Below are positions 21,109 to 29,908 of a stretch of DNA of 56,644 nucleotides, piece after piece. The position numbers and the translations under genes were made by a program. The stretch is taken from assembly GCA_963845145.1 (NCBI GenBank), contig CAWJQU010000018.1:1-56644 (forward strand), in the 5' to 3' direction. Below the pieces are notes generated by a model. The model was not told where the DNA came from. It made no database searches and worked only from the letters and a program-made list of their open reading frames with translations. The DNA comes from an uncultured delta proteobacterium (GTDB lineage: Bacteria > Desulfobacterota > Desulfobacteria > Desulfobacterales > QNYZ01). Position 1 is the first letter of the stretch; the number at the start of each line of letters is the position of its first letter.

Positions 21109-21666
21109 TCAAATTCCCTTATCGATAATCTTTCGATCACGTAACAGCCTATTCTGAATTCCCTTGCCAACCGTATAGGTACGACTGAAATCATTCCAGA
21201 ATGAACGATCTTCGTCTTTCCAGCCGGCTCCGAAGCGCTCATCGAAATAGGTGGCCAACTCCTCAAAAACCAGTTTCCAGGGCGGCTCGCCGCGCTCATG
21301 AGCGGTTAGCAATCGTTCCAGCAGCTCATCCAGATGGCTTAACCTCTCCTTGGGCAAATAGGCGATGGCACCTTTGCGGATAGAAGCCATCAGGGTTTCC
21401 TTATTTACGGCGTGGGCGGTCAGCATGACGGTGGGTATTGCTTTGCCCACGGTTTCGTCCAGCAATTCGAGTCCGTTGACCCCCATGATATCCAGAATGG
21501 CCAGGTCGTACCGTTCGGCACGGATCATTTCGGAAGCCGTTTCATAATCGGCGGCTGTTTCAATTTCCGCTTCATCGAGAATATCCTCTATGGTTTCAAG
21601 TATATCTTTTTCATCATCAACCACGAGAATTTTTTTTCCTTTTAAAATCGATCCGGTTTTTTCCAT
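21109..21666 (-). CDS. Response regulator (REC plus short non-HTH tail)
   Basis: ILVVDDE, LAILDIMG, VMLTA, YLPK. Confidence 0.92.
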   Translation of the reverse strand: MEKTGSILKGKKILVVDDEKDILETIEDILDEAEIETAADYETASEMIRAERYDLAILDIMGVNGLELLDETVGKAIPTVMLTAHAVNKETLMASIRKGAIAYLPKERLSHLDELLERLLTAHERGEPPWKLVFEELATYFDERFGAGWKDEDRSFWNDFSRTYTVGKGIQNRLLRDRKIIDKGI

Positions 21667-21762
21667 GCGTTACTCCTTTATAAAAACCTACAGCTTAGTC
21701 CTATTAGCGCCATAAGCGCCTTTTAATCTGCTTTGATACCGAATAGCGGTGATCAAAAATAA

Positions 21763-22569
21763 TCAATTTGATTTATTTATGCGCTTTGTACTCATCTTAA
21801 TCGGTAACTCCAGACGGAAGGTTGCGCCTTTATTTTGCTGGCCGGTTATGTGAATATCCCCTCCCATTAGCCGGGCGATGGTACGAGCACCGGCAAGCCC
21901 CAAACCATGCCCCTTTCGGGAAACAGCCGACGAGGGGGCTAATTGCTGATACCGCTGGAATACACCTTGGTGATGCGCCGGGTCAATGCCGGGTCCGTCA
22001 TCTGAAACTTCCAGAATGAGTAAATCGGATTGACGTCGCAGGCGAATTTCCAGTCGATTTTTACGGTGGTGCAGGGCGTTTTTAATCAAATTACCGACAA
22101 TCTGTCCATACTTGATTCGATCCTGATAGAGCCGACACGCATCGGATTCCGGCGTAAAATCGATAAAAATCTGGTTTTCGGAAAAAAAACCGTCGGTTGG
22201 TACAAAATCCCCATATTGTGAAATGACATCGGGGACTTCACCCACCATTGCCTCATGAGCTTCCACCAGGGCGTCATACGTTGCTTCGGCGGGTGGAAAT
22301 TCACAAAGAACAAAGCCACCGGCCTCCGAGCGCCCGATTTCCAGCAACCCGTAAATCATACCGCGGGCTTTATGGGTGTTCCGAAGCACCCGCTTTAGTG
22401 TTTTTAGTTGGCGGTCATTGAGGGTCCCATACTTATTCTGTCTTTCCAGCAAGGTCCTGACGCCGGTTTCAATGATCGCCAGAGGATCTTTCATTTCATG
22501 GATGAGAAATTCGATATCGAGTTTTTCAAAGAAGCATTCGTCGCCGATATTATGTTTATTTTCAGACAT
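21763..22569 (-). CDS. Histidine kinase lacking a sensor domain
   Basis: H-box IHEMKDPL at residue ~24, N-box NLIKNA, DDGPG, GHGLGL. Confidence 0.9.
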   Translation of the reverse strand: MSENKHNIGDECFFEKLDIEFLIHEMKDPLAIIETGVRTLLERQNKYGTLNDRQLKTLKRVLRNTHKARGMIYGLLEIGRSEAGGFVLCEFPPAEATYDALVEAHEAMVGEVPDVISQYGDFVPTDGFFSENQIFIDFTPESDACRLYQDRIKYGQIVGNLIKNALHHRKNRLEIRLRRQSDLLILEVSDDGPGIDPAHHQGVFQRYQQLAPSSAVSRKGHGLGLAGARTIARLMGGDIHITGQQNKGATFRLELPIKMSTKRINKSN

Positions 22570-22720
22570 TTGAATAAATTACCTCTATTCTTTGATTAAG
22601 ATTAACAGGAGGCTTTATTTATCTCGGTCTATACTGACAGGCCGGCTCAAAAACTTCATGAAACACGTTTTTTCCATTAAACCACTTTCAGGTATTCTAA
22701 ACTGGTGTTGTCAGCCTGTG

Positions 22721-25009
22721 TCAAGAACCCGATGGTTCTTCTTTAAACCGAATCGTTATGGTGGTCCCCCCTGAGGTAAGGCAATCATCTTTTGTCCGGC
22801 AATGCTTACAAAGATCGACATTGCCGGGGCATTGGTCCGTATCCTTGGGAATGAACCGGCAACGGACAGAGTTTAATTGGATATCGAAATGATAACGTTC
22901 GGCAAATATTTTCATGCGCAACAGGTCAAATCCCCGTCCGCCGGCATTAAAGTCATAACGCTGTTTGGATGCATATTGCATGACATCCGTGGTGGAGAAA
23001 CAGCTTTCAAAAATGATGGCTTGATTTTCCTGGGTAATGCCGATACCGAAATCGTTTATGGCCAACACCGATCGCCCTCCTACGCGGTGGACCCCGATTC
23101 GAATGAGGCTTCCATCCGGTGTATTTTCCACGGCGTTTCGAATCAGCCCGTCGACGATTTTTCTCAGCACTTCGCCGGGGATTAGGATTTGCCCGGCGGT
23201 ACGAATGCGGGTTTCTACGCGACAATGGCGATGGGTGAACAGGGACCTCAAATGCTCAAGGCGGTCGGTAACAAAATCATCCAGTTGAATCTTTTCTAAA
23301 GGCAGCTCCTTAGGTCCGAATTCGTCGTTTATAGCCCCGCGAATGCGGCCGATGACTTCCTCTTCTTGTAAGTTTTCGGCTATGAGCATTTCCAGCTCGT
23401 CGGAACAGGTGTCAAGCAACGTCGTCAGCATTTGATGCGTGCGAATATCACCACCCCGTGAAATATCTTCAATTTCGTATTGCATATCGAGCAGGCGGTC
23501 TAAATTTCGACGACCCCGATCAATAATACGGGTGATGCCGGGGTTGTTCAATTTTCCGGTTTTTTTAGCTAACAAACCTAGAGACGCCGACAAAACCGAT
23601 ATGGGCGTTTTTAACTCATGGGAAAGGTGGTGGATAACGCGATCCTTGGCTTTGTTCAGGATCTTTACCTCCTCATATGACCGATTCAATGCCTCGTTGA
23701 TGCGTGAATTTTCCAAAGGTAACGCCACCATTCCGGCGATAGTAACCAACAACTCAATATCGGTTTGATCGAAGCCGTCATCCTTCTTATTTACCGCGCA
23801 TAGCACACCGATAATGCGATCATGGCTCTCTAAAGGGACATCCAGCATGTTGCGGGTGTGGAACCCGGCTCGTTCATCCACCGATGATAAGAATAAATGA
23901 CTTGTTTGGGTATCCGCTACAATAACCGGCTTGCCGGTCTTGACCACTTCCCCTGCGACGCCTTTGTCAGCTGGAAAGCGGACTTCCCGCCATTGCTGGG
24001 TGATTTTTTCGTCATCAAACGCCGCTTTTCGGAAAAAAAACTCGTTTTTATCCTCATCTAATAGGATAATCATCGCACCTTCAACGGATAACAGATCGCG
24101 AATCTGTTCCGTGATAAAGGCCAACCGGGCATCTAATGTGCGGAATCGGTGAAGCGAGGTGGAAATTTCAAACAGGGCCTGGTTGATGCGAGCCACGCGT
24201 TTTTGTCGGGTAAAATTCCGTAGACTGACCACCTGTCCGGCCGGCTCTTTATCTGATTCGTAGAATAGCGCGGCATTCAGCTTAACATCTAACAATCGGC
24301 CGTCCTTGGTCCACCTTTGGGTCTCAAATCTTCGAATCACTTTTTCTTTAAAGAGTTTGGCGGTTCCCCTGCGGGTTTCCTCTATTCTTTCATCAGGAAT
24401 AAATGGGATTCGACGACCTTCGAGTTCCGCCAAGGTCCAGCCAAATACCGACACGAAAGCCGGGTTGACATAGGATACCCGGCTGCGGGGATCTAAAACG
24501 AAGATGGGGTCAGGAAGGAACTCTAGTAGCGTCCGGTATCGCTGCTCGGCCTGGCGGCTTGACTCATATAGTTTGAGTGAGCACTGTTCGGACTCCCGTA
24601 AAGCCACCTCGGCCTGGATTCTATCCGTCATATCCCGGGCGATGCCGCGAAAGCCGATTTTTTTGCCATCTTCGTTGAAAATGAGATTGGCATTGATCTC
24701 AATTATTCTCTTCTCACCGTCCTTTCTGGTGATTTCCCATTGAATACCAGTAGTTGCTTTTTCGGTGTTAAATAATTGGTTTAAGTTTTTAAATGCCACT
24801 CCAGCGTTCTTTTTATCCATGAACCGGCTATAACTTTGATTCTGGATCTCCTCATGGGAGTAGCCAAAGATACGGGCGAGGGCGTTATTGAAAAAGGTAA
24901 ATTTGCCATGCAGGTCGGTTTCAAAAAAACCGTCCGCCACATCTTCTAAAAATATTTTATATCTTTCCCATCGAGATTTTGATTCTTCTTTAAACACGGT
25001 GACGTCCAA
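22721..25009 (-). CDS. Cytoplasmic PAS-PAS-GAF histidine kinase
   Basis: Two PAS/PAC domains (RKDG...GIARD; TKDG), GAF (GVAGEV...IGVLCAVNK), SHELKTP, NAVENT, DFGIG. Confidence 0.93.
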   Translation of the reverse strand: MDVTVFKEESKSRWERYKIFLEDVADGFFETDLHGKFTFFNNALARIFGYSHEEIQNQSYSRFMDKKNAGVAFKNLNQLFNTEKATTGIQWEITRKDGEKRIIEINANLIFNEDGKKIGFRGIARDMTDRIQAEVALRESEQCSLKLYESSRQAEQRYRTLLEFLPDPIFVLDPRSRVSYVNPAFVSVFGWTLAELEGRRIPFIPDERIEETRRGTAKLFKEKVIRRFETQRWTKDGRLLDVKLNAALFYESDKEPAGQVVSLRNFTRQKRVARINQALFEISTSLHRFRTLDARLAFITEQIRDLLSVEGAMIILLDEDKNEFFFRKAAFDDEKITQQWREVRFPADKGVAGEVVKTGKPVIVADTQTSHLFLSSVDERAGFHTRNMLDVPLESHDRIIGVLCAVNKKDDGFDQTDIELLVTIAGMVALPLENSRINEALNRSYEEVKILNKAKDRVIHHLSHELKTPISVLSASLGLLAKKTGKLNNPGITRIIDRGRRNLDRLLDMQYEIEDISRGGDIRTHQMLTTLLDTCSDELEMLIAENLQEEEVIGRIRGAINDEFGPKELPLEKIQLDDFVTDRLEHLRSLFTHRHCRVETRIRTAGQILIPGEVLRKIVDGLIRNAVENTPDGSLIRIGVHRVGGRSVLAINDFGIGITQENQAIIFESCFSTTDVMQYASKQRYDFNAGGRGFDLLRMKIFAERYHFDIQLNSVRCRFIPKDTDQCPGNVDLCKHCRTKDDCLTSGGTTITIRFKEEPSGS

Positions 25010-25093
25010 ATTGAAGTAATTCTGGCAATTGATAACCCTGTAAGCGAATCATGATCCGCATTATAATTCAACCGGTTTTTTTTGTAAAAGAGC

Positions 25094-25130
25094 AAAAAAA
25101 GGAGGGACAGGGCAACCCTGTACCTCCTTT
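25094..25130 (-). terminator. Rho-independent terminator of paaK
   Basis: AAAGGAGG-GACAGGG...CCCTGT-A-CCTCCTTT stem; the A run on + gives a U tail on -. Confidence 0.8.
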
Positions 25131-25158
25131 ATCAATATGTCGGATAGACACGCAAGTA

Positions 25159-26463
25159 TCAGATGTCTTTCGGCCTTTCGTCCACAACCCGCAGGGCCTT
25201 ACCCTCGCTACGGGCAATGGATTTCGGCGGTTTTAAATTGACCTTGACACCGATTCCCATGTTTCCCTTGATATGGGCGCCGATTTTGGATTCAATCTCT
25301 CTCAGTTTATCTTCTCCGGCGTCGTATATCTCCTTTTTGCCTTCGACATTGACCGTTAATTGGTCCAGATGTCCTTTTTTACGGACAATCAGCTGATATT
25401 GGGGTTCAACCTCTTCGACATCAAGCAACAGCGACTCTACCTGAGAGGGGAAAACATTGACGCCGCTGATGATCAGCATATCGTCGCTACGGCCGAAAAC
25501 CTTATTCATTTTGATAAACGAGCGTCCGCAAGCACAGGTCTCTCGCCTCAGGCTGGTGATATCTTTGGTCCGGTAGCGGATGATCGGCATGGCCCGTCGC
25601 TGGAGCGAGGTGAAGATTAGTTCCCCTTTTTCACCTAGTGGTACCGGCTCCAGGGTTTGGGGATCGACGATTTCAGCCAGGTAATGGTCTTCATTGATGT
25701 GAAGGCCGTCCTGAGCTTCGCAGTCAAACGCAACCCCAGGGCCGCCCAGTTCGGTTAAACCGTAGGCCTCCATGGCTTTGATACCCATGCGGTCCTCGAT
25801 CTCCTGCCGCATGGCGTGAGACCACGGCTCGGCGCCGAATATACCAACTTTAACCGGCAGTTGGCGAATATCGGTACCGAGTTCTTCCGCCCGCTCGGCG
25901 ATTGTGAGTGCATAGGAGGGCGTACTAACCAATACGGTCGTGCCAAAATCCTTCATCAGTGTAATCTGCCGTTCGGTGAGCCCCGAACTGGCAGGAACTA
26001 CGGTGCATCCCAAATGCGTGGCACCCTGATGAAAACCGAGGCCGCCGGTAAAAAGGCCATATCCATAAGCGTTCTGGACGATGTCATCTTGACGAACACC
26101 GGCTGCATAAAAATTGCGGGCCATACATTCGGACCAGTGATCCAGGTCTTCCGCCGTGTAAGGTCCGGTAATCGGCTTACCGGTGGTTCCGGAAGATGCG
26201 TGGACGCGTACAACGTCCTTTAGCGGGACGGCACACAATCCGAAGGGATACTCATCCCTCAGATCCTCTTTGACGGTAAAGGGGAGCTTGGCCACATCTT
26301 TAACCGAAGTGATATCCTCAGCCGCAATACCCGCTGCTTCGAATTTTTTCCGGTAGTGTGGGACCTTCTCCGCCACCCAGGAGACGGTTTCCTTGAGTTT
26401 AGTAAGTTGTAATTGTTCCAGTTGCTCAACCGGCATACATTCAAATTCGTCATTCCAAGGCAT
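25159..26463 (-). CDS. paaK: Phenylacetate-CoA ligase family
   Basis: YPFGLCAVP, HASSGTTGKP, YGYGLFTGGLG, GAEPW, YGLTE, GRSDDMLII. Confidence 0.93.
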   Translation of the reverse strand: MPWNDEFECMPVEQLEQLQLTKLKETVSWVAEKVPHYRKKFEAAGIAAEDITSVKDVAKLPFTVKEDLRDEYPFGLCAVPLKDVVRVHASSGTTGKPITGPYTAEDLDHWSECMARNFYAAGVRQDDIVQNAYGYGLFTGGLGFHQGATHLGCTVVPASSGLTERQITLMKDFGTTVLVSTPSYALTIAERAEELGTDIRQLPVKVGIFGAEPWSHAMRQEIEDRMGIKAMEAYGLTELGGPGVAFDCEAQDGLHINEDHYLAEIVDPQTLEPVPLGEKGELIFTSLQRRAMPIIRYRTKDITSLRRETCACGRSFIKMNKVFGRSDDMLIISGVNVFPSQVESLLLDVEEVEPQYQLIVRKKGHLDQLTVNVEGKKEIYDAGEDKLREIESKIGAHIKGNMGIGVKVNLKPPKSIARSEGKALRVVDERPKDI

Positions 26464-26495
26464 TGCTTTCCTCCTAGCTTAGCGGCTGTTAATGA

Positions 26496-27092
26496 TCAGG
26501 CGGCGGCTGCCGCAGCGTCAAATCCGAGATCAAAAGCCTTCAAGTTGGAATCTAAAAAGGCTTTTTTGGTTTTTCTTTGCATGGCTTCTTTAATCGTGTC
26601 GACTGGAAAGGGAAGAATCTTTGTTTGGGTCAGAGCACCAAGAAGTACCATGTTAACCGACAGAATATTTCCGCTTTCCTCGGCCAATGCCGCCGCATTA
26701 AACGCGATCAATTTGGCTGTTTTTGCCCGAATGAGTTCCTGAAGCTGTTTTAGATCGGGGTACACACCTTGCCCGATATTGACGGTGTACGGCATCACCG
26801 GCGCCAGGCTGGTGATTACGACGGTATTCTTATTGCATCGTCCCAAGGCCCTCAATGTTTCGGCCGGTTCGAAGCCCACCAATAGATCGGCTTCGCCATC
26901 AGATATGATAGGGCTTTTTGCACCCCCAAATACAAGGGATGACTCCACGACGCCGCCCCGCTGGGCCATGCCGTGAATTTCACTCATATTTAAAGGAATA
27001 TCTGATAGGAGTGCGGCTTCCCCCAATACACTGGATGCCAAAAGGTTACCTTGTCCACCAACTGCCACCATTATTAATCTGGTTGTGTCCAT
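26496..27092 (-). CDS. iorB: Indolepyruvate:ferredoxin oxidoreductase beta subunit
   Basis: VGGQG, SEIHGMAQRGG, NMVLLGA. Confidence 0.94.
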   Translation of the reverse strand: MDTTRLIMVAVGGQGNLLASSVLGEAALLSDIPLNMSEIHGMAQRGGVVESSLVFGGAKSPIISDGEADLLVGFEPAETLRALGRCNKNTVVITSLAPVMPYTVNIGQGVYPDLKQLQELIRAKTAKLIAFNAAALAEESGNILSVNMVLLGALTQTKILPFPVDTIKEAMQRKTKKAFLDSNLKAFDLGFDAAAAAA

Positions 27093-27137
27093 TTTATTCG
27101 TCCCATTTTTTTAAATTAAACGGTTTGATAAAGGCGC

Positions 27138-29003
27138 TTACGCCGTCACCTTCTCTTTTTTCACACGTAGGATCGCATTTTCCGGGCAAACCTGAGCGCA
27201 TACGGCGCAACCGGTGCAAAGATTTTGATCGATTTTCACATGGTCATCCCAGACATAAAACGCCGGACAGGCCAATTCCATCAAACAATTTTTATGATCC
27301 TTGCATTTGTCGGAAACATAAAAAGGTCGGTGCTGTTTTTCCTTTATCGCTTTGGCGTACAAGGCGCATATCTCTTCAGAAATAACGACGGAGACACCAT
27401 CATACTCTATGGCTTCTTTGATAGCTGCAATGCTTTTCTTTAAATTATAGGGCTTGATGGTGGACACATGAGCAACGCCCAAGGCCCGAACCACCGGCTC
27501 GATCGCTATGCGGCCGTAGCCTTCCATATTCAGCCTTGTCATATCGACACCCGGATGGGGTTGATGGCCGGTCATGGCGGTCGTGCCGTTGTCCAATATT
27601 ACCAGGGTATAGTTGTGTTTGTTAAAAACGGCGTTGATCAAACCGGCAATACCGGAGTGGAAAAAGGTCGAGTCCCCAATGAAGGCGATTACCTTTTTAT
27701 CGGTAACTTGCGCAAAACCGCCGGCCGTTCCAGATGATGAGCCCATGCAAATGAGGAAATCCGCCGTGGAAAGGGGCGGAAGTAATCCCAAAGTGTAGCA
27801 TCCGATATCAGACGGATAAATGGTCTCCATTCCTTCCGCCGCTTTTTGTACCGCGTGGAATGTGGCCCGATGGGAGCATCCGGCACATAGCGTGGGCGGC
27901 CGTTGGGGAATCGCGGGAACATCAGACACATCGACGGCTTCAATTATGTCATGGGAGAGTTCAAAGTATTTTGCGATACATTTTTTAACCAGGGCCGGGT
28001 GATATTCGTACAGGCGGGAAAACAATCCCTCCGTTTTACCGTTGATCGGCAGGGTAAGTCCCTCTTCCTGGGCAAAGGCCTTTATCGCCTCTTCCATAAA
28101 AGGTTCCCCCTCTTCGACGATCAGGACTTTTTCACTTCTCTTTAGCAGATCTTTGATTTTAGCTTCGGGTAGCGGGTAGGACAAGCCGATACGAAGAATC
28201 GTTGTTTTATCCTCGATCTCGAGCTCTTTAACCATGTCGTGCACGTAATTATAACTCACCCCATTGCAGATAATTCCCCAGGGGCCATCACCTTCTGTAA
28301 AGTTATACTCGGATTTTTCGGATATCTCCTGAGCCGTTGCCAGGTTTTCGAGTAGCTTTACGTGCATTTTACGTGCAACAACGGGTACCGGGACCAGATT
28401 CAGGGGGTCTTTGACAAAATCGCCTTTGGTAACCGGCGGCGTGATAGACTTGAGCTCCACGATTCCGGAAGAGTGGTTGATCCGGGTCGTCGTGCGAAAT
28501 ATGACCGGTTCTTTCAGTTTTTCGGAGAGATCAAACGCATAAGCGACCATGTCCTTGGCTTCCTGAATGGTGGAGGGCTCCACCAAGGGCAGACCACCAA
28601 GTTTGGCATAATAGCGATTATCCTGTTCATTTTGACTGGAGAACATGAACGGATCATCAGCCGTAATGACAATCATGCCCGCGTTAACCCCTACATACGC
28701 CAGGGTAAGCAGCGGGTCGGAGGCCACATTAAGGCCCACGTGCTTCATCATGCACATACTGCGGACACCTGAGTTTGAGGCCGCTGCCGCCACTTCAAGG
28801 GATACTTTTTCATTGGTACTATATTCGAAATAGAGCTCGGCTTCCTTTGAGAGTTGAAAAAGATTACCCGATATTTCCGAAGATGGCGTACCGGGATAGG
28901 TACTGGCAAAGCCGACGCCCGCCTCTATGCCGCCTCGGGCGATGGCTTCGTTGCCTAGCAGCAACATCCTTTCTCCTGGATTGTCCGTTAGTAACTTGTG
29001 CAT
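27138..29003 (-). CDS. iorA: Indolepyruvate:ferredoxin oxidoreductase alpha subunit
   Basis: GNEAIARG, YPGTPSSEI, MKHVGLNVA, SSQNEQD, DIGCY, GDSTFFHSG, DNGTTAMTG, C-terminal ferredoxin. Confidence 0.96.
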   Translation of the reverse strand: MHKLLTDNPGERMLLLGNEAIARGGIEAGVGFASTYPGTPSSEISGNLFQLSKEAELYFEYSTNEKVSLEVAAAASNSGVRSMCMMKHVGLNVASDPLLTLAYVGVNAGMIVITADDPFMFSSQNEQDNRYYAKLGGLPLVEPSTIQEAKDMVAYAFDLSEKLKEPVIFRTTTRINHSSGIVELKSITPPVTKGDFVKDPLNLVPVPVVARKMHVKLLENLATAQEISEKSEYNFTEGDGPWGIICNGVSYNYVHDMVKELEIEDKTTILRIGLSYPLPEAKIKDLLKRSEKVLIVEEGEPFMEEAIKAFAQEEGLTLPINGKTEGLFSRLYEYHPALVKKCIAKYFELSHDIIEAVDVSDVPAIPQRPPTLCAGCSHRATFHAVQKAAEGMETIYPSDIGCYTLGLLPPLSTADFLICMGSSSGTAGGFAQVTDKKVIAFIGDSTFFHSGIAGLINAVFNKHNYTLVILDNGTTAMTGHQPHPGVDMTRLNMEGYGRIAIEPVVRALGVAHVSTIKPYNLKKSIAAIKEAIEYDGVSVVISEEICALYAKAIKEKQHRPFYVSDKCKDHKNCLMELACPAFYVWDDHVKIDQNLCTGCAVCAQVCPENAILRVKKEKVTA

Positions 29004-29092
29004 GTTTTTTCCCCTTTCAAAGAGTGGTCGCTTTTTGTCCTATTACCAATTACCAAATTGAAGTTAACGCGTATTTTTAGTAGCCTAAATGC

Positions 29093-29125
29093 AGCTACAT
29101 TACAGCTATAAAAACGCACAGTCAA
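29093..29125 (-). promoter_or_regulatory. sigma70 promoter of iorA with operator-like motif
   Basis: Minus strand TTGACT-17 nt-TAATGT; TAGCTGTAATGTAGCT overlaps the -10. Confidence 0.7.
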
Positions 29126-29145
29126 GTGAAAAAAATTACGATTAT

Positions 29146-29748
29146 TTAAGGTTTTAGAAGAGGAGGGGATTGACCCAGTTCGGCGAGCAGTTTCTTCGAT
29201 GAAACAACGCGTAATAAGGGGTATAGGGGGTTGCGGCGATAGAGGTTCAAAGTATGGGTGTGGAGGTCTTCGGAAAAGGCGGTGGTCGCATCTTCCACCA
29301 ATATGGCCTTAAAATCATGGCAGAGGGCATCCATGACCGTGGTGATCACACAAAAATGGGTGGCAACACCGGTAACAACACACAGGGTAACGCCCATTTT
29401 GCGAAGCTGTTGATCCAGATCGGTGCCGAAAAAGGCTGAAAAACGGGGTTTAGGAAGCCAGAGATCTGTATCCTGGCGATCGAGCTCAATCGCAATGTCG
29501 GCACCCTTGGTGCCGGAAATCGAGTGGGGTGGCATTTTCTCAGAAAAAATAAAGTCATCGGTATGGTAGTCGTCGGTGGAGAAAATGACGGGCCATTTTT
29601 GCCGGCGAAAAGCGGCGGAAAGATGGTTAATCGGTGCAATGATTTGGCGGGCGAGGGGTGTTATGGGGAATTGATTGGCCGGATCAAGGGTATCATTAAC
29701 GATATCGATGATGAGGAGGGCCGGGATATCTTGGGTTGGATCTGGCAT
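29146..29748 (-). CDS. Isochorismatase-family cysteine hydrolase
   Basis: ALLIID, KPRFSAF, GVATHFCV (D-K-C triad); start probably MPDP at 29748. Confidence 0.9.
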   Translation of the reverse strand: MPDPTQDIPALLIIDIVNDTLDPANQFPITPLARQIIAPINHLSAAFRRQKWPVIFSTDDYHTDDFIFSEKMPPHSISGTKGADIAIELDRQDTDLWLPKPRFSAFFGTDLDQQLRKMGVTLCVVTGVATHFCVITTVMDALCHDFKAILVEDATTAFSEDLHTHTLNLYRRNPLYPLLRVVSSKKLLAELGQSPPLLKP

Positions 29749-29853
29749 ATCAAAGGCACCATGACGTTCGTGTTGATAGACTGAGAACCGAAGAGTTTCG
29801 AGCAAGGAATGTCGAATGTCGAAGGAATGCCTTCGTTTATTCCACATGTTTGT

Positions 29854-29879
29854 CAGGTGGGGCTTGGTCACCCCACCTG
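29854..29879. terminator. GC-rich hairpin downstream of the HAD-ECH gene
   Basis: CAGGTGGGG...CCCCACCTG perfect 9-bp stem; T run only on the + strand. Confidence 0.5.
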
Positions 29880-29908
29880 TTTTTCGGTTTCGTTTTTACA
29901 GCCGGTTG

